Source of the DNA: Octopus sinensis
Lineage: Eukaryota
Direction of reading: 5' to 3'
Assembly: GCF_006345805.1 (NCBI RefSeq)
Contig: NC_042998.1
Location: 206,832,001 to 206,896,000 of the forward strand
DNA: 64,000 nt
Both the position numbers and the translations under genes were made by a program. This document shows, in pieces, positions 51,158 to 63,629 of this stretch (its first letter is position 1; every line of letters begins with the position of its first letter). The notes under the pieces were generated by a model. The model was not told the DNA's origin. It saw only the letters and a list, made by a program, of their open reading frames with translations, and did not search any database.

Positions 51158-52234
51158 ATGTGTGTATCTACACACACACACACACACAGCAGGCTTCTTT
51201 CAATTTCCAATAAACCAAATCCACTGACAAGGATTTGGTAGGCCCGAGGCTATATAGTAGAAGACACTTGCCCAAGGTGCCACATAGTGGGACTGAACCC
51301 AGAACCATATGGTCAAGGAAGCAAACTTCTTATCACACAGCTGTGATTATTATCAAGATTCAACAGAAAACCTGAAGGCAAAATAACCTCCTGAGTAATA
51401 TTTTTAGCACTTCTACTAAACTGAACACTATCACAAGAAACCAATAACGCCTTTTATTCCAGATTTTTCAATCTTTAACTCCTGAAAATATGCTATTTTA
51501 GGATCTGACGGGCCCTCGTGCTGGTGGCACGTAAAAGCACCCAACACACTCTCAGAGTGGTCGGCATTAGGGATGGCATCCAGCTGTAGAAACTCTGCTA
51601 GATTAGATTGGAGCCTGGTGCAGCCATGTGGTTCGCCAGACCTCAGTCAAACATAGAAAGCGGACATTTCACCACCTTTAGTCAAGCAAATCGACCCCAG
51701 GACTTATTCTTTGTAAGCCTAGTACTTATTCTATCGGTCTCTTTTGCTGAACCGCTAAGTTACAGGGACGTAAACACACCAGCATCGGTTGTTAAGCGAT
51801 GTTGGGGGGACAAACACAGACACACATACATATGTACGATGGGCTTCTTTCAGTTTCTGTCTACCAAATCCACTCACAAGGCTTTGGTCGGCCCGAGGCT
51901 ATAGTAGAAGACACTTGCCCAAGGTGCCACGCAATGGGACTGAACTCGGAACCATGTGGTTCGTAAGCAAGCTACTTAACACAGCCACTCCTACGCCTAT
52001 GTCAATACATACATATACATATATAAACATTTTAGAAACATTTTTATAGGAAGAAAGGAGAGAAAAACATCAAAAGTATAAAAGATAAAATTATCAACAA
52101 AAAAAAACCATTACTACTTTACTAAGGAAACAAAGAAAAAGGATGAGGCAGAGATTAAACAGCAGAAGATGGGCTAGGCGGAGATGGCAAAACGGATTGT
52201 ATACCCTAGAACAAATGGCATGTTAGTAATTGAG

Positions 52235-53400
52235 TTTTTGGAAACCAGGTTTCCTTAGAACCTTGGTCTCTTTGCAAGCTCTGTATGTACCCAGCTGTTC
52301 CCCCAATTTTACTGTAATGTTTAAAAATTCTTCAACTTACCTTTCATGAAACTATAATCCCATTAATGGGAGCTTTAATCTGGACTTGGCTCTGGAGAAA
52401 TTTAGAAAGTTCTATTTTGGTTTTCATCTTTGACAAGTTTTCTCTGAAATCACTTTTCTCTTTCAGACGGTTTCTTTCTGTCTTTATAAGGGTTCTAAAC
52501 CCTGATTCACATTAGAGAAATGTTCTGTAACAAAAAGGAGAAGCCCCTTTAATTCCTTCAGTTCCAAAAATTCCACTTCTCCAGTCAAACAAAATACATT
52601 TATTCAACATTTTCATTCAAGAATTACATTTTTAAACTTCAAAAAACTTGAAATTTTTGACTGTGGACAAATTCTTCACAGTCAACACAAAATGGAAATC
52701 TTGTTTCTCAGTATTTCTTGTTGGAATTTAGTGACAGAATTCTGTTCTCAATTTTCCTAAATCCTATAAGATAATAATGGCTCCAAATTTGGCCAGCAAT
52801 TTTAGGGTGAGGTTATTAGTCAAGTGTATCAACTCTCATTGCATTTGAAGACGGAAGGAGCCAGAAGAATTCTCCTGCATTGAGCCTTAGTTCCGTGAAG
52901 ATAATAATATATTCTTTATTCCATTAAAAACCTTCTTCTACCAAGAGACAAAATGCTGGAAAAGATGCTATTTTTTTCCTTTGGCGCCATTTTTACTTTC
53001 TCCAAGCAATTTTGAGTTTATTTAAACACAGTTCCTCCATTAAACAAATTCTTTCATCACCATCTTGGAGAGACAAATTTAATAAGTCAATCAATTCAAG
53101 AAAAATATCAGAGAGATAATCTAATTTACTGGGAATCTGAATAATCTCCAAGTTCTTTAGAATTATTTTTTAGCCATCACGGAGCCTTTCTGCAAAATAA
53201 CCATCTCAGCTCTGATGTGTAATAAACACTCATATTTAGATTTAATTGAGCGACAAAAGTCACTGAAAAGTCTTATGGAGAGATCTTGACTTCATGAACT
53301 TAATTTGAATATCGTTCATTATCAAACCTAATTCCCATTTCAAACATTTTTAATGCACTTTTTTCTTATTTTTCTGCAAAATCTTTGATAATATCCAAGT
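52235..53400 (-). pseudogene. Degenerate hAT (Buster/Charlie-like) transposase
   Basis: Multi-frame FMKSRSL..RLFSDFCR..ELRWL, KLDYLSDIF..LNLSLQ and CESGFRTLIKTERNRL (dimerisation-domain motif). Confidence 0.75.
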
Positions 53401-53611
53401 ATTCCTGAAACATCAGTTCCAGATTAATTCCTTCTGGAAAAGACTACCATTTCAAATACATATGGCATCGCCACAAATTGGTGTCGCACTCGCTGAATTT
53501 ATTTCCTCATAACTTTCTGTATATATATTAGCAAAAAAAAAATTTAGAAAAATTCTTTGCTACCAGTGGTCTGGCGAGAAGAAAAAATTAGTCAATAGAC
53601 TATATATTATC

Positions 53612-53810
53612 CATCATCATCATCGTTTAAACGACCGTTCTCCATGCTAGCATGGGTTGGACGGTTCGACCGGGGATCTGGGACGCCAGAAGGCTGCACC
53701 AGGCTCTGGTCTTATCTGGCAATGTTTCTACAGCTGGATGCCCTTCCTAACGCCAACGACTCCGTGAGTGTGGTTGGCGTTAGGAAGGGCATCCAGCTGT
53801 AGAAACATTG
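53612..53810 (-). mobile_element. RTE 3' fragment with a 5' fold-back inversion
   Basis: 53720-53757 is the exact reverse complement of 53773-53810. Confidence 0.85.
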
Positions 53811-54570
53811 TTCATATAAAAATACAGTGTACATTTAAACACACAGGACATCTGACACGCTAGAAAGAGTAGTTAAACTACAGACCACTAATAGTTGTAA
53901 TTCTGAAAGGGAATGAAAAATAAAAAAACATTTACTCTATTTGTCCAGGACTGTGCATAGTGTCAAGCAATCTTTTGTAAATAAAATAATTTACAATTGT
54001 CCAGGAAAAATAGGGTAAATGTTTTTTTATTTTTCATTCCCTTTCAGAATTACAACAATGAGTGGTTTGTAGTGGAGGCGCAATGGCCCAGTGGTTAGGG
54101 CAGCGGACTTGCGGTCGTAGGATCGCGGTTTCGATTCCCAGACCAGGCGTTGTGAGTGTTTATTGAATGAAAGCACCTAAAGCTCCACGAGGCTCCGGTA
54201 GGGGATGGTGGTGATCCCTGCTGTACTCTTTCACCACAACTTTCTCTCACTCTTACTTCCTGTTTCTGTTGTACCTGTATTTCAAAGGGCCGGCCTTGTC
54301 ACTCTCTGTGTCACGCTGAATATCCCCGAGAACTACGTTAAGGGTCCACGTGTCTGTGGAGTGCTCAGCCACTTACACGTTAATTTCACGAGCAGGCTGT
54401 TCCGTTGATTCGGATCAACCGGAACCCTAATCGTCGTAACCGACGGAGTGCTTCCACATTAGTGGTTTGTAGTTTAACTACTCTTTCTAGCGAGTCAGAT
54501 GTCCTGTTATGGCCACCTCTTATGTGTTTAAATGTACACTGTGTTTAAATGTACACATATGAATAATATA
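53811..54570. repeat. AT-rich fold-back element with a SINE C in the right arm
   Basis: The left arm (about 53811-53945) mirrors about 54005-54073 plus 54474-54565. Confidence 0.75.
54074..54460 (+). mobile_element. Family C tRNA-SINE, full length, 13-bp TSD
   Basis: AGTGGTTTGTAGT at 54061-54073 and 54461-54473; A box TGGCCCAGTGG and B-box-like GGTTTCGATTCC. Confidence 0.9.
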
Positions 54571-55449
54571 TATATATTAATGTAATTTTGCAGAAATACG
54601 CTATCGAAGGTATGGATTAATGATTGTATTGATAAAATTTAGAATAGTGGGCGGCAAGGAGGGGTGGGGTTCGGGTCATCCTTTCATTTCTTCTTCGACT
54701 TTGTCACCATTAATGTCTGTAATTTTAGCAATTTTCCAATTTGTTGTTGGAAATTCTTTCAGATTTGTGTTTGAAACACCAACATTAAGTTATCCAGACT
54801 CACGAAAATGTAATTTTAAATATGCGAGGAAGGCAAGTCGAGATGGGGTGGGAGCGAATGATTTGAAACTGACCAAAAAGATATTTCAATGTTAATTATA
54901 AATTACATTGTAGGAAACATATCTACAAGATTTCATAAAAAAAAAAAAAAAAAAGATTTTTCAGAGCTAGATGGAAACAAAGTTGAGGCACCAAACTGTA
55001 GTTGTGCCTCATTATTTCTAGTTGTTGAAGTAGTTAACGGTTGTATAGAATAAAATTACCTTTTGCATCAACTTATTTTTGTCTGTGATTGTCTACATTG
55101 CGAAAATGAATTTCCGAAAATTTCACTTAAAAATATTCGTCTTCAGAAAATTAGGAGGAAACGAAGTTGGTGGGGCACGAAAGTGTAGTTACACCCCGTC
55201 ATTTCCAATGGTTGAAGCGAAAAACAGTTTTATAGAAGGTGCTCTTGCATTATTTATTTTGGTTTGTGATGCTGCAAATAAACTTGGAAGTTATTAATCT
55301 TAAGTTATGCATCAATCAATTCCTCTTTACTGAAAACTCGGTTTTTATTGCTGAAATCGCTCGTTCTTTAAGACATCTCGAAATAATAACAAATACCCTT
55401 TACAGCTTACCTCCATGTCTAATACAGACCAATATTAAACACGTTTAAC

Positions 55450-57384
55450 ATGGAACTGTGTAAAAATGATTGTCACTGATACAATGAGTGTGAACACTGG
55501 GAAAAGAAATGGCATTGTCATTCAGTTGCAGAGACTGTTTGCTCAAAAGGGTTTGAAAGAACTGCAATTTATTGGTTGTCAGCATCATATCCTTGATAGA
55601 GTTCTTCGTGTTATAATGGATAATAAACTTGGAGAAAAATAGTCATCTCCCAATGGATGGAAGCACTCCGTCGGTTACGACGATGAGGGTTCCGGTTGAT
55701 CCGAATCAACGGAACAGCCTGCTCGTGAAATTAACATGTAAGTGGCTGAGCACTCCACAGACATGTGTACCCTTAACGTAGTTCTCGGGGATATTCAGCG
55801 TGACACAGAGAGCGACAAGGCCAGCCCCTTGAAATACAGGTACAACAGAAACAGGAAGTAAGAGTGAGAGAAAGAGTGGTGAAAGAGTACAGCAGGGATC
55901 ACCACCATCCCCTGCCAGAGCCTCGTGGAGCTTTAGGTGTTTTCGCTCAATAAACACTCACAACGCCCGGTCTGGGAATCGAAACCGCGATCCTATGACC
56001 GCGAGTCTGCTGCCCTAACCAATGGGCCATTGCGCCTCCACTCATCTCCCAATATTGCATATACATTCATCCCAGAGCTTCTAAGTAATTACAAGAAACT
56101 CCAGGCTAATTTCAATAATGGTGAAGAAAAGATTACTGAGTCTGCAGGCTGGCGAGATGACATGAAATTTCTAATTCATTTGACCAGAGTTTTACATTTC
56201 TTTGAAGAAGCCAGAAAATTTTCTATTGTAAAGTTTCAAAAAATACCCAACTAAATTAATGCAAGATGGAATTCTCAAGCAATACTAGCTCTTTTGGCAT
56301 TTATTCTTCGACCAGAGAAAAGAGTTTTGCTTCTCAATGTTTGTCGATTCGTCTCTTACAGCTGGGCAGATCTTTGGTTTACTGACCAAATGTTCAATGC
56401 ACATGATTATCAGAAGTTATGTGGTAGCCTGCAAGTTCATAAAAAAGCATTGAAATCTAATAAAAAAACCTTTGGAGTCGAGAACCATCAAAACTGGAAA
56501 TTCTCAGAACAAATCAGAGTGCAGAATGGGCAGTCAAGTGCCTTCAAGATCTTTATGATGTTTGTAAAAAGGAGAAATTTCAGCTTTGATGTATTTTATC
56601 TAACAAAACATCTCACCTGTGCTAAGTCCACCCTGCTGAGGGGTTGGTGTTAGGAAGGGCAACCAACTGTAAAAATCCTGCCAAAACAGTTAGAGAAGTC
56701 CATATGGGCTTCAGCCAAGCTGGCTCTTGTGGTACCATCCCATCCATGCTAGCATGGAACAGATGTTAAAGGATGATGAATACATATTAATTCTTTATGT
56801 TAAAAAATTTGCTAACATTCAGCACTCTTTTTCTTGTATGGTTATTTAAAATTGGAACTAAACCTATAAAGTTAAAGATATGTATTGTTTTTAATTTTGC
56901 ATGTTATCAAATGCTTGTAGTGGCCTCTGTCTTAAAATGGCCTAGTTTTGAACCTTTGCAGAGAGCAATTTCAATTCAGTAATCTTGAAAATGTATAAAT
57001 ACACTTTTATTCCACATCTTTCTTGCATTTACAAGGATTTAGGCAGCAGAAATACTGAAGTGTGAATCTAGTGCCACCTAGTGATTATAGTTTAAAGAGC
57101 CTATAACTCTGAAACTACTTCTACTGGAAAACTGAAATTTCAGATACACTATTTCTGCATTGCATTGAGTCAGCACCCCAAGTTTAGTAAAAACTTGAGC
57201 AGGCGTTATGAACCCCACTAGAATTTTGAATGATTTGGGTCAAAAGGGGTGATCGATTTCTTAAGTTGGGGGTAACATTTTTTTCAAATAAAGCAAAATA
57301 GATATTAGTTTCCTGACTTTTATGAAATTATTCATCAAATTACAGTATGGGGTTTATTAGGGTGTGAAAAAGTCATAACCCTAA
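55450..57384 (+). pseudogene. hAT-superfamily (hATm-like) transposase remnant and probable right end
   Basis: VTDTMSVNTG...FIGCQHHILD...GWRDD...NARWNS gives a catalytic D, CxxH and RW motifs. Ends ...ATAACCCTAA. Confidence 0.65.
55655..56041 (-). mobile_element. Family C tRNA-SINE, full length, 12-bp TSD, inserted in the transposase
   Basis: TCATCTCCCAAT at 55643-55654 and 56042-56053; near-identical to 54074-54460. Confidence 0.9.
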
Positions 57385-57413
57385 TGTACATATGTATGTA
57401 CACACACACACAC

Positions 57414-57471
<58 letters not shown>

Positions 57472-57544
57472 CATACATATACATACATATATATATATAT
57501 GTGTGTGTGTATGTATGCATGTATATGTGCATCTATGTGCAAGC

Positions 57545-57576
<32 letters not shown>

Positions 57577-57578
<2 letters not shown>

Positions 57579-57854
57579 GAGAAAAAAACACCTTTTATCA
57601 ATTCAAAATGAACAATTAAATTACACCATCTAGAAAATTACATATAATAGAAATATTAAAATTAAAATAATAGTACATATAATATTTCTATTGTATGTAA
57701 TTTTCTAGATGTTGTAATTTAATTGTTCATTTTGAATTGATAAAAGGTGGGTTTTTTTCTTATTTTTATATATATATATTATATTTTGTGAAATTTGATT
57801 TAGTATTTCTAAATTGAATTTTTCCCTGTAAGTTAGGAATAATATTCCCTCAAA

Positions 57855-57860
<6 letters not shown>
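57577..57860. repeat. AT-rich hairpin (about 57577-57768) plus extension, in (TA)n; related module at 61501-61636
   Basis: CCTTTTATCAATTCAAAATGAACAATTAAA and its reverse complement; 57783-57860 mirrors 61500-61577. Confidence 0.75.
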
Positions 57861-57893
<33 letters not shown>

Positions 57894-58144
57894 TCTTTGA
57901 CATGTCCCAGTGACCGAAACCATCCTCTTATGCATGTAATTTCTTGTCTTGCTAAAAATCCAAATTCCCCCAGGTGGCTCCCATTTCAGGGACACAGGTG
58001 GAGAAGAATTGACTGGAAAAGCTGAGTCACCAATCATATGGTTTATCATCATCATCACCTTCTTGCTCATTTAATGTCTGCCTTCTATGCGGGCATGGGC
58101 TGGATCTGGCATCTATATATTCTTTTATTCTTTTATTCTTTGAT

Positions 58145-58323
58145 TCTTTTACTTGTTTCAGTCATTTCACTACAGCCATGCTGGAGCACCACCTTTACTC
58201 GAGCGAATCAACCCCAGGACTTATTCTTTGGAAACCTATTGGTCTCTTTTGCCAAACCGCTAAGTTACAGGGATGTAAACACACCAGCATCAGTTGTCAA
58301 GCGATGTTGGGGGGACAAACACA

Positions 58324-58412
<89 letters not shown>

Positions 58413-58588
58413 ATATACATATATATGACGGGCTTCTTTCAGTTTCCGTCTACCAAATCCACTCACAAGGCTTTGGTCAGCCTGAGGCTATAGCAGAAGA
58501 CACTTGCCCAAGATGCCATGCAGTGGGACTGAACCCGGAACCATGTGGTTGGTAAGCAAGCTACTTACCACACAGCCACTCCTGCATT
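58145..58588 (-). mobile_element. Family B tRNA-SINE
   Basis: Family match. Confidence 0.8.
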
Positions 58589-58807
58589 GTATATACGTAT
58601 ATACATAGTATATACATGCATATATACATATACACATACATATATTGGAAGGTTTGGAGATGATGTACAGGTATTATATATTAGAAGAAATGAAGTACTC
58701 AGAAATCTGGATGGTTGTACATTTACAGATTTTTATTGATATGTCACATGTTTTCATAAATCATAGATTAGTGCTTGCATCCACTCAAGTGGATTCTTCA
58801 GATTCAT

Positions 58808-58838
<31 letters not shown>

Positions 58839-59149
58839 CATATATATATATATATATAATATATATCATCATCATCATCATCATCATTTAGCGTCCGTTT
58901 TCCATGCTAGCATGGGTTGGACGGTTCTACTGGGGTCTGTGAAGCCAGAAGGCTTCATCAGGCCCAGTCAAATCTGGCAGTGTTTCTACGGCTGGATGCC
59001 CTTCCTAACGCCAACCACTCCGTGAGTGTAGTGGGTGCTTTTTACGTGCCACCTGCACTGGTGCCAGACAGAGCTGGCAAACGGCCACGAACGGATGGTG
59101 CTTTTTATGTGCCACCGGCACGAGGGCCAGGCGAGGCTGGCAACGGACA

Positions 59150-59225
59150 CGTATATATATATATATATATAATATATATATATAATATAATATATATATA
59201 TATATATATGTATATGTATTATATA

Positions 59226-59309
<84 letters not shown>

Positions 59310-59564
59310 GCCAAATTTCTCACCTATATATATATATATAACAAAAGTAATAAATGAAAATAATAATAAAATTAAAATAAGGGAATGGGTTTGTATGTGT
59401 ATGTGTAGGTATGTATAGGTACACATATGTATATATATATATATATATGTATATGGACATGTGTGTGCATGTGTGTATGTATATATGTGTGTGTATGTGT
59501 GTATGTGTATGTGTGTGTATGTATATATTTGTATGTATATGTATGTGTGGGCGTGTGTGTATAT

Positions 59565-59635
<71 letters not shown>

Positions 59636-59700
59636 GTATGTATATGTTGTATGTATATGTGTGTGTGTGTGTGTATATATACATATGTGTATATGTATAG
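59150..59700. repeat. Compound (TA)n/(TG)n microsatellite field
   Basis: Direct inspection. Confidence 0.9.
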
Positions 59701-59907
59701 GTGAGAGCCTCCTTATTTACCTTAAACTCTATTCTTCTATTTATTTTTTTATTCTTTTATTTATTCTTTTATCTACTTTACCACTGACTCCTTGACCACT
59801 CCCCTAAGTATGATATTTTTGCACTATGCCTACCCCCAAAAAGTCCCCCACCACCACCCCTTTAAACCTGCCTAAATGTATAAATGCCAAAACAATTCTT
59901 GTTAACT

Positions 59908-59958
59908 AGCTTCCTGATGATTTCTCTTGAATGAAACAGTTCTAGTCCTGTAGAAGCT
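59908..59958 (+). ncRNA. Type I hammerhead ribozyme motif with three helices
   Basis: AGCTTC-CTGATGA-TTTC-TCTT-GAAT-GAAA-CAG-TTCTAGTC-CTG-TA-GAAGCT. Stem I 6 bp, stem III ACAG/CTGT, GUA site 59950-59952, T.T mismatch at the base of stem II. Confidence 0.75.
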
Positions 59959-60044
59959 CCTTCTATATAATAAATTAATTTTACTCTGCTATGTATTGAG
60001 TACCTTATTTACTGTGGTTAACCCCGAATCAACCCGGGACCTAC

Positions 60045-60079
<35 letters not shown>

Positions 60080-60096
60080 TATATATATATATACAT

Positions 60097-60130
<34 letters not shown>

Positions 60131-61044
60131 CATCATCATCATCATCATCATCGTTTAACGTCCACTTTCCATGCTAGCATGGGTTGGACGATTTTGACTG
60201 AAGATTGGCGAGCTAGATGGCTGCACCAGTCTCCAATCTTGATCTGGCAGAGTTTCTACAGCTGGATGCCCTTCCTCACGCCAACCACTCCGAGAGTGTA
60301 GTGGATGCTTTTTACATGCCACCAGCATGATGTATATGTTTGTGTGTTTGTGTTTGTCCCTCCAACATCGCTTGATAACCGATGCTGGTGTGTTTACATC
60401 CCCCGTAACTTAGCGGTTTGGCAAAAGAGACCAATAGAATAAGTACTAGGCTTACAAAGAATAAGTCCTGAGTTCGATATGTTCGACTAAAGGCAGTGAT
60501 CCAGCATGGCCACAGTCAAATGACTGAAACAAAAGAACAAAAGATTATCTATCTATGTGTATGTATAAACATGTGTGTGTGTATATATAAAAGAAGAGAT
60601 AGTCAGAACATACCAACAGCTCAGTAGATTTCCTAACCCAACACACCGCCGACCCCATTATCTCCTTACCTCATCCACCCAACATTTCCAACCAGCAAAA
60701 TATGAGTTGCCACTGTTTTATCTGTTATGTTTGTTTGCTTGCTTCATAGATTACTGAAAATGTCTGCTCTAGTCCATTCTAGTATCTCAGAAACCACTGA
60801 TGCTCGGAAGTTCAATTTCTTTTTTCTTTTTTTAAAAAAAAACAATGAATTACTAAGCAACATAAATATTAAAAATACATATTAAAAAAATATATTTTTT
60901 CGAAACATTTTTAAAAATATTTCTAAAAAATATAAAAAATAGTTTTAAAAATTGTCTTTGTTTTTTTTTTTTGGAAAATCTAATTTGTTTGTAGTATGTG
61001 TGGTTAAGAAGCTTGCTTCAAAGACGCCTGTTGTTATGTCCTGT

Positions 61045-61064
61045 TATTATTATTATTATTATTA

Positions 61065-61158
<94 letters not shown>

Positions 61159-61160
61159 TT
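61045..61160. repeat. (ATT)n microsatellite
   Basis: Direct inspection. Confidence 0.95.
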
Positions 61161-61470
61161 TATTGTAATTTTGTATTTATATTCGTGTAACTTCGTCTGT
61201 TTTTCCATCCTTGTTTTCATATACATTCAATGCATTTTTCCAAGGAATCTGATGCTCTTAACTTAGTTTTTCCTTGGGGGCTGGCCAGATTGGAGCAATC
61301 TCAAGATTAATCAGTCGAAATTGTGAGGATGATTCAGTTCTTGACTGAGGATAAAAGGCTTCGAATGACCCGTGCTTGTTTTTTTGTATCGTCTATCTGG
61401 ATGTTTTGTTGTCCCTTTTTGTATCACCTAGTCGTCCAGATGTTATGCATTCTTGTCCCATTTTGTATTT

Positions 61471-61501
<31 letters not shown>

Positions 61502-61635
61502 ATTATTTGAGGGAATATTATTCCTAACTTACAGGGAAAAATTCAATTTAGAAATACTAAATCAAATTTCACAAAATGTAATGGTGTGATTTAATTGTTC
61601 ATTTTGAATTGATAAAAGGTGGGTTTTTTCTAATT

Positions 61636-61667
<32 letters not shown>

Positions 61668-61845
61668 ATATGTATGTATGTATGTTGGCATTAGGAAGGG
61701 CATCCAGCTGTAGAAACATCGCCAGATCAGACTGGGCCTGGTGCAGCCTTCTGGCTTCCCAGACTCCAGTTGAACCATCCAACCCATGCTAGCATGGAAA
61801 GCAGATGTTAAACGATGATGATGATATATATATATATATATATAT

Positions 61846-62270
61846 CTTAGCTGCTTTCTTGTATACAAGCAAAGCCATTTTGCTAGAAAGAATCACCGAA
61901 ATGAGTCATTGTTGATGCAGTGTGAGTCCCTTGTATGACTCGTGAGCCTGGCCAAAGGTTTGCTCATTCTATTGCGTAATGCACAGCTGTGCTGGCTGGC
62001 AGAAGGAACAGGTGCCGCGGTAGGCACTCTTTTGACATGCCTCTTCACTCCTCCAACTGAGAGGCACACCTCTCCACAGGTAGCACATGTTCTGTTGAGA
62101 ACAGAAACCGTATCACAATTCACAAGGGATTGACTCCTGAGTCCCCTGATGGCTGACCAGGCCTGCATGACTCGTGTATTTCCTCCCGCAAATCACACAC
62201 ACACAAAAACCAACACTCCCGCATTTTCCACAGGTTCGTTCCTTCTAAACCTTCTCTTAATCTTCTCATG
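61846..62270 (-). pseudogene. Probable RTE/BovB-type LINE C-terminus with about three degenerate C2H2 zinc fingers
   Basis: CVICGRKYTSHAGLVSHQ, CATCGEVCLSVGGVKRHV and CALRNRMSKPLARLTSHTRDSH, preceded by a basic stretch. Confidence 0.6.
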
Positions 62271-62484
62271 AAGATATATATACAGATATGGATATAAAGA
62301 TCTATCTATCTATCTATTTATATATACATACACACAAATATATATATATATTTGTATGTAAGTATGTATGCATGTATATATATATATAGTTAATCCAAAC
62401 AAGAAAACACAAGAAAAACACAACGTGAGGATGTGGAACAATTAAAGTATTATTGGACACTCAGGAAAAAAGGAAAGACAGAGG

Positions 62485-62519
62485 GTTTAACGTTTCGAGC
62501 AGAGCTCTTCGTCAGAAAC
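62485..62519 (-). ncRNA. Minimal type I hammerhead ribozyme motif in a (TA)n-flanked module (about 62388-62597)
   Basis: GTTT-CTGACGA-A-GAGC-TCT-GCTC-GAAA-CG-TT-AAAC; core intact and both stems paired. Confidence 0.8.
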
Positions 62520-62944
62520 ATAGGAGAAGGAAAGATCCAGAGAAGGGAAGACAGAGGAAAAAAATCGCCAACGGTACACATGAGGTCACATTTTGAATAT
62601 ATATATATATATATATATCATCACCATCATCATCATCATCTTCATCATCATCAACACCATCATTTAACATCTGCTTTCCATGCTGGCATGGGTGATGTTC
62701 AGTTATAATAAAAGTAACTTTAAATTAATCAGATTCTATATTTTGTTGAGTAAAAATTCATTATTCTTAAACAAGAATACTGTTGACAGTGACTTTGAAG
62801 TTTCAGCCTGCTAAGCCATGGCCGGACATATATCTTCATCATCATCATCATCATCATCATCATTATTTAATATCCGTTTTCCATGCTGGCATCGGTTGGA
62901 TAGTTTGACTGGAGCTGTCAAACTGGAGCAGCACCAGGTTCCAC

Positions 62945-63110
62945 CAGTGGTAGTAGTGGTTGTGGTGGTGGTAGCAGTAGTGGCGACGGCAGTGGTACTG
63001 GTGGCAGGGGTGGTGATGGTGGCAGGGGTGGTGATGGTAGCAGGGGTGGTGATGGTAGCAGTGATGGCGACGGCGGTGGTATTGGTGGCAGTGGTGGTGA
63101 TGGCAATGAT
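62945..63110. repeat. GGT/GCA/GAT-type triplet minisatellite at the truncated end of an RTE fragment
   Basis: GGTGGTGATGGTGGCAGG-like 18-bp units. Confidence 0.8.
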
Positions 63111-63189
63111 AAATAAGGTTTGATTAAATGCTTCAAAAAACACACAAGAGTTGATGGAAAAACCTAGAACAAAGTTGAACTACAGCAAC

Positions 63190-63395
63190 AACAACAACCA
63201 TGATTCCTATTTGAAACACATCAATAACAGAAATGTGCCACAATTAGCCAGATTCATCTGGCAATTAGAAGAAACTACTTCCAATTATAACATCAAAGGG
63301 AAGATTATTGACAGATCAAAGCAGCCTTAGAAGAATGGAAATAAAAGATGTGATCTTTGCATCACAAAAAAAAAAAACATTTGTATTTAAAGATT
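63190..63395 (+). pseudogene. Penelope-like element GIY-YIG endonuclease C-terminal remnant
   Basis: NHDSYLKHINNRNVPQLARFIWQLEE...YNIKGKIIDRSKQP*KNGNKRCDLCITKK fits the H..SF...LS..IW.LK...W.I...CxLC.xEK pattern of PLEs. Confidence 0.7.
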
Positions 63396-63510
63396 TACAC
63401 AACTATGGTCTCTATTTGAACTCTTAAGTTTGAAATTTCTCAGAAGTATTTTAAGAAACAGCTTTTACATAAATGAACCATAACACCTCTGTCTCATATA
63501 TTATTTAACA

Positions 63511-63600
63511 CTAGCTATCGCTGTGCCGTCAAAAATGACGGCAATTTGTAGTATTTTATATATATAAGGTACAAAACCAAGCTTTTAGATTAATAATTCT
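63511..63600 (-). mobile_element. Helitron 3' end
   Basis: Hairpin TGCCGTCA-TTTT-TGACGGCA followed by ...GCTAG|T on the minus strand. Confidence 0.65.
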
Positions 63601-63629
63601 TTTATTACCAAATTTATAATATACCTTCC

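Noticed and set aside
62811-63145. Thr/Ala/Pro-rich mucin-like ORFs
   Set aside because: A triplet minisatellite joined to an RTE fragment.
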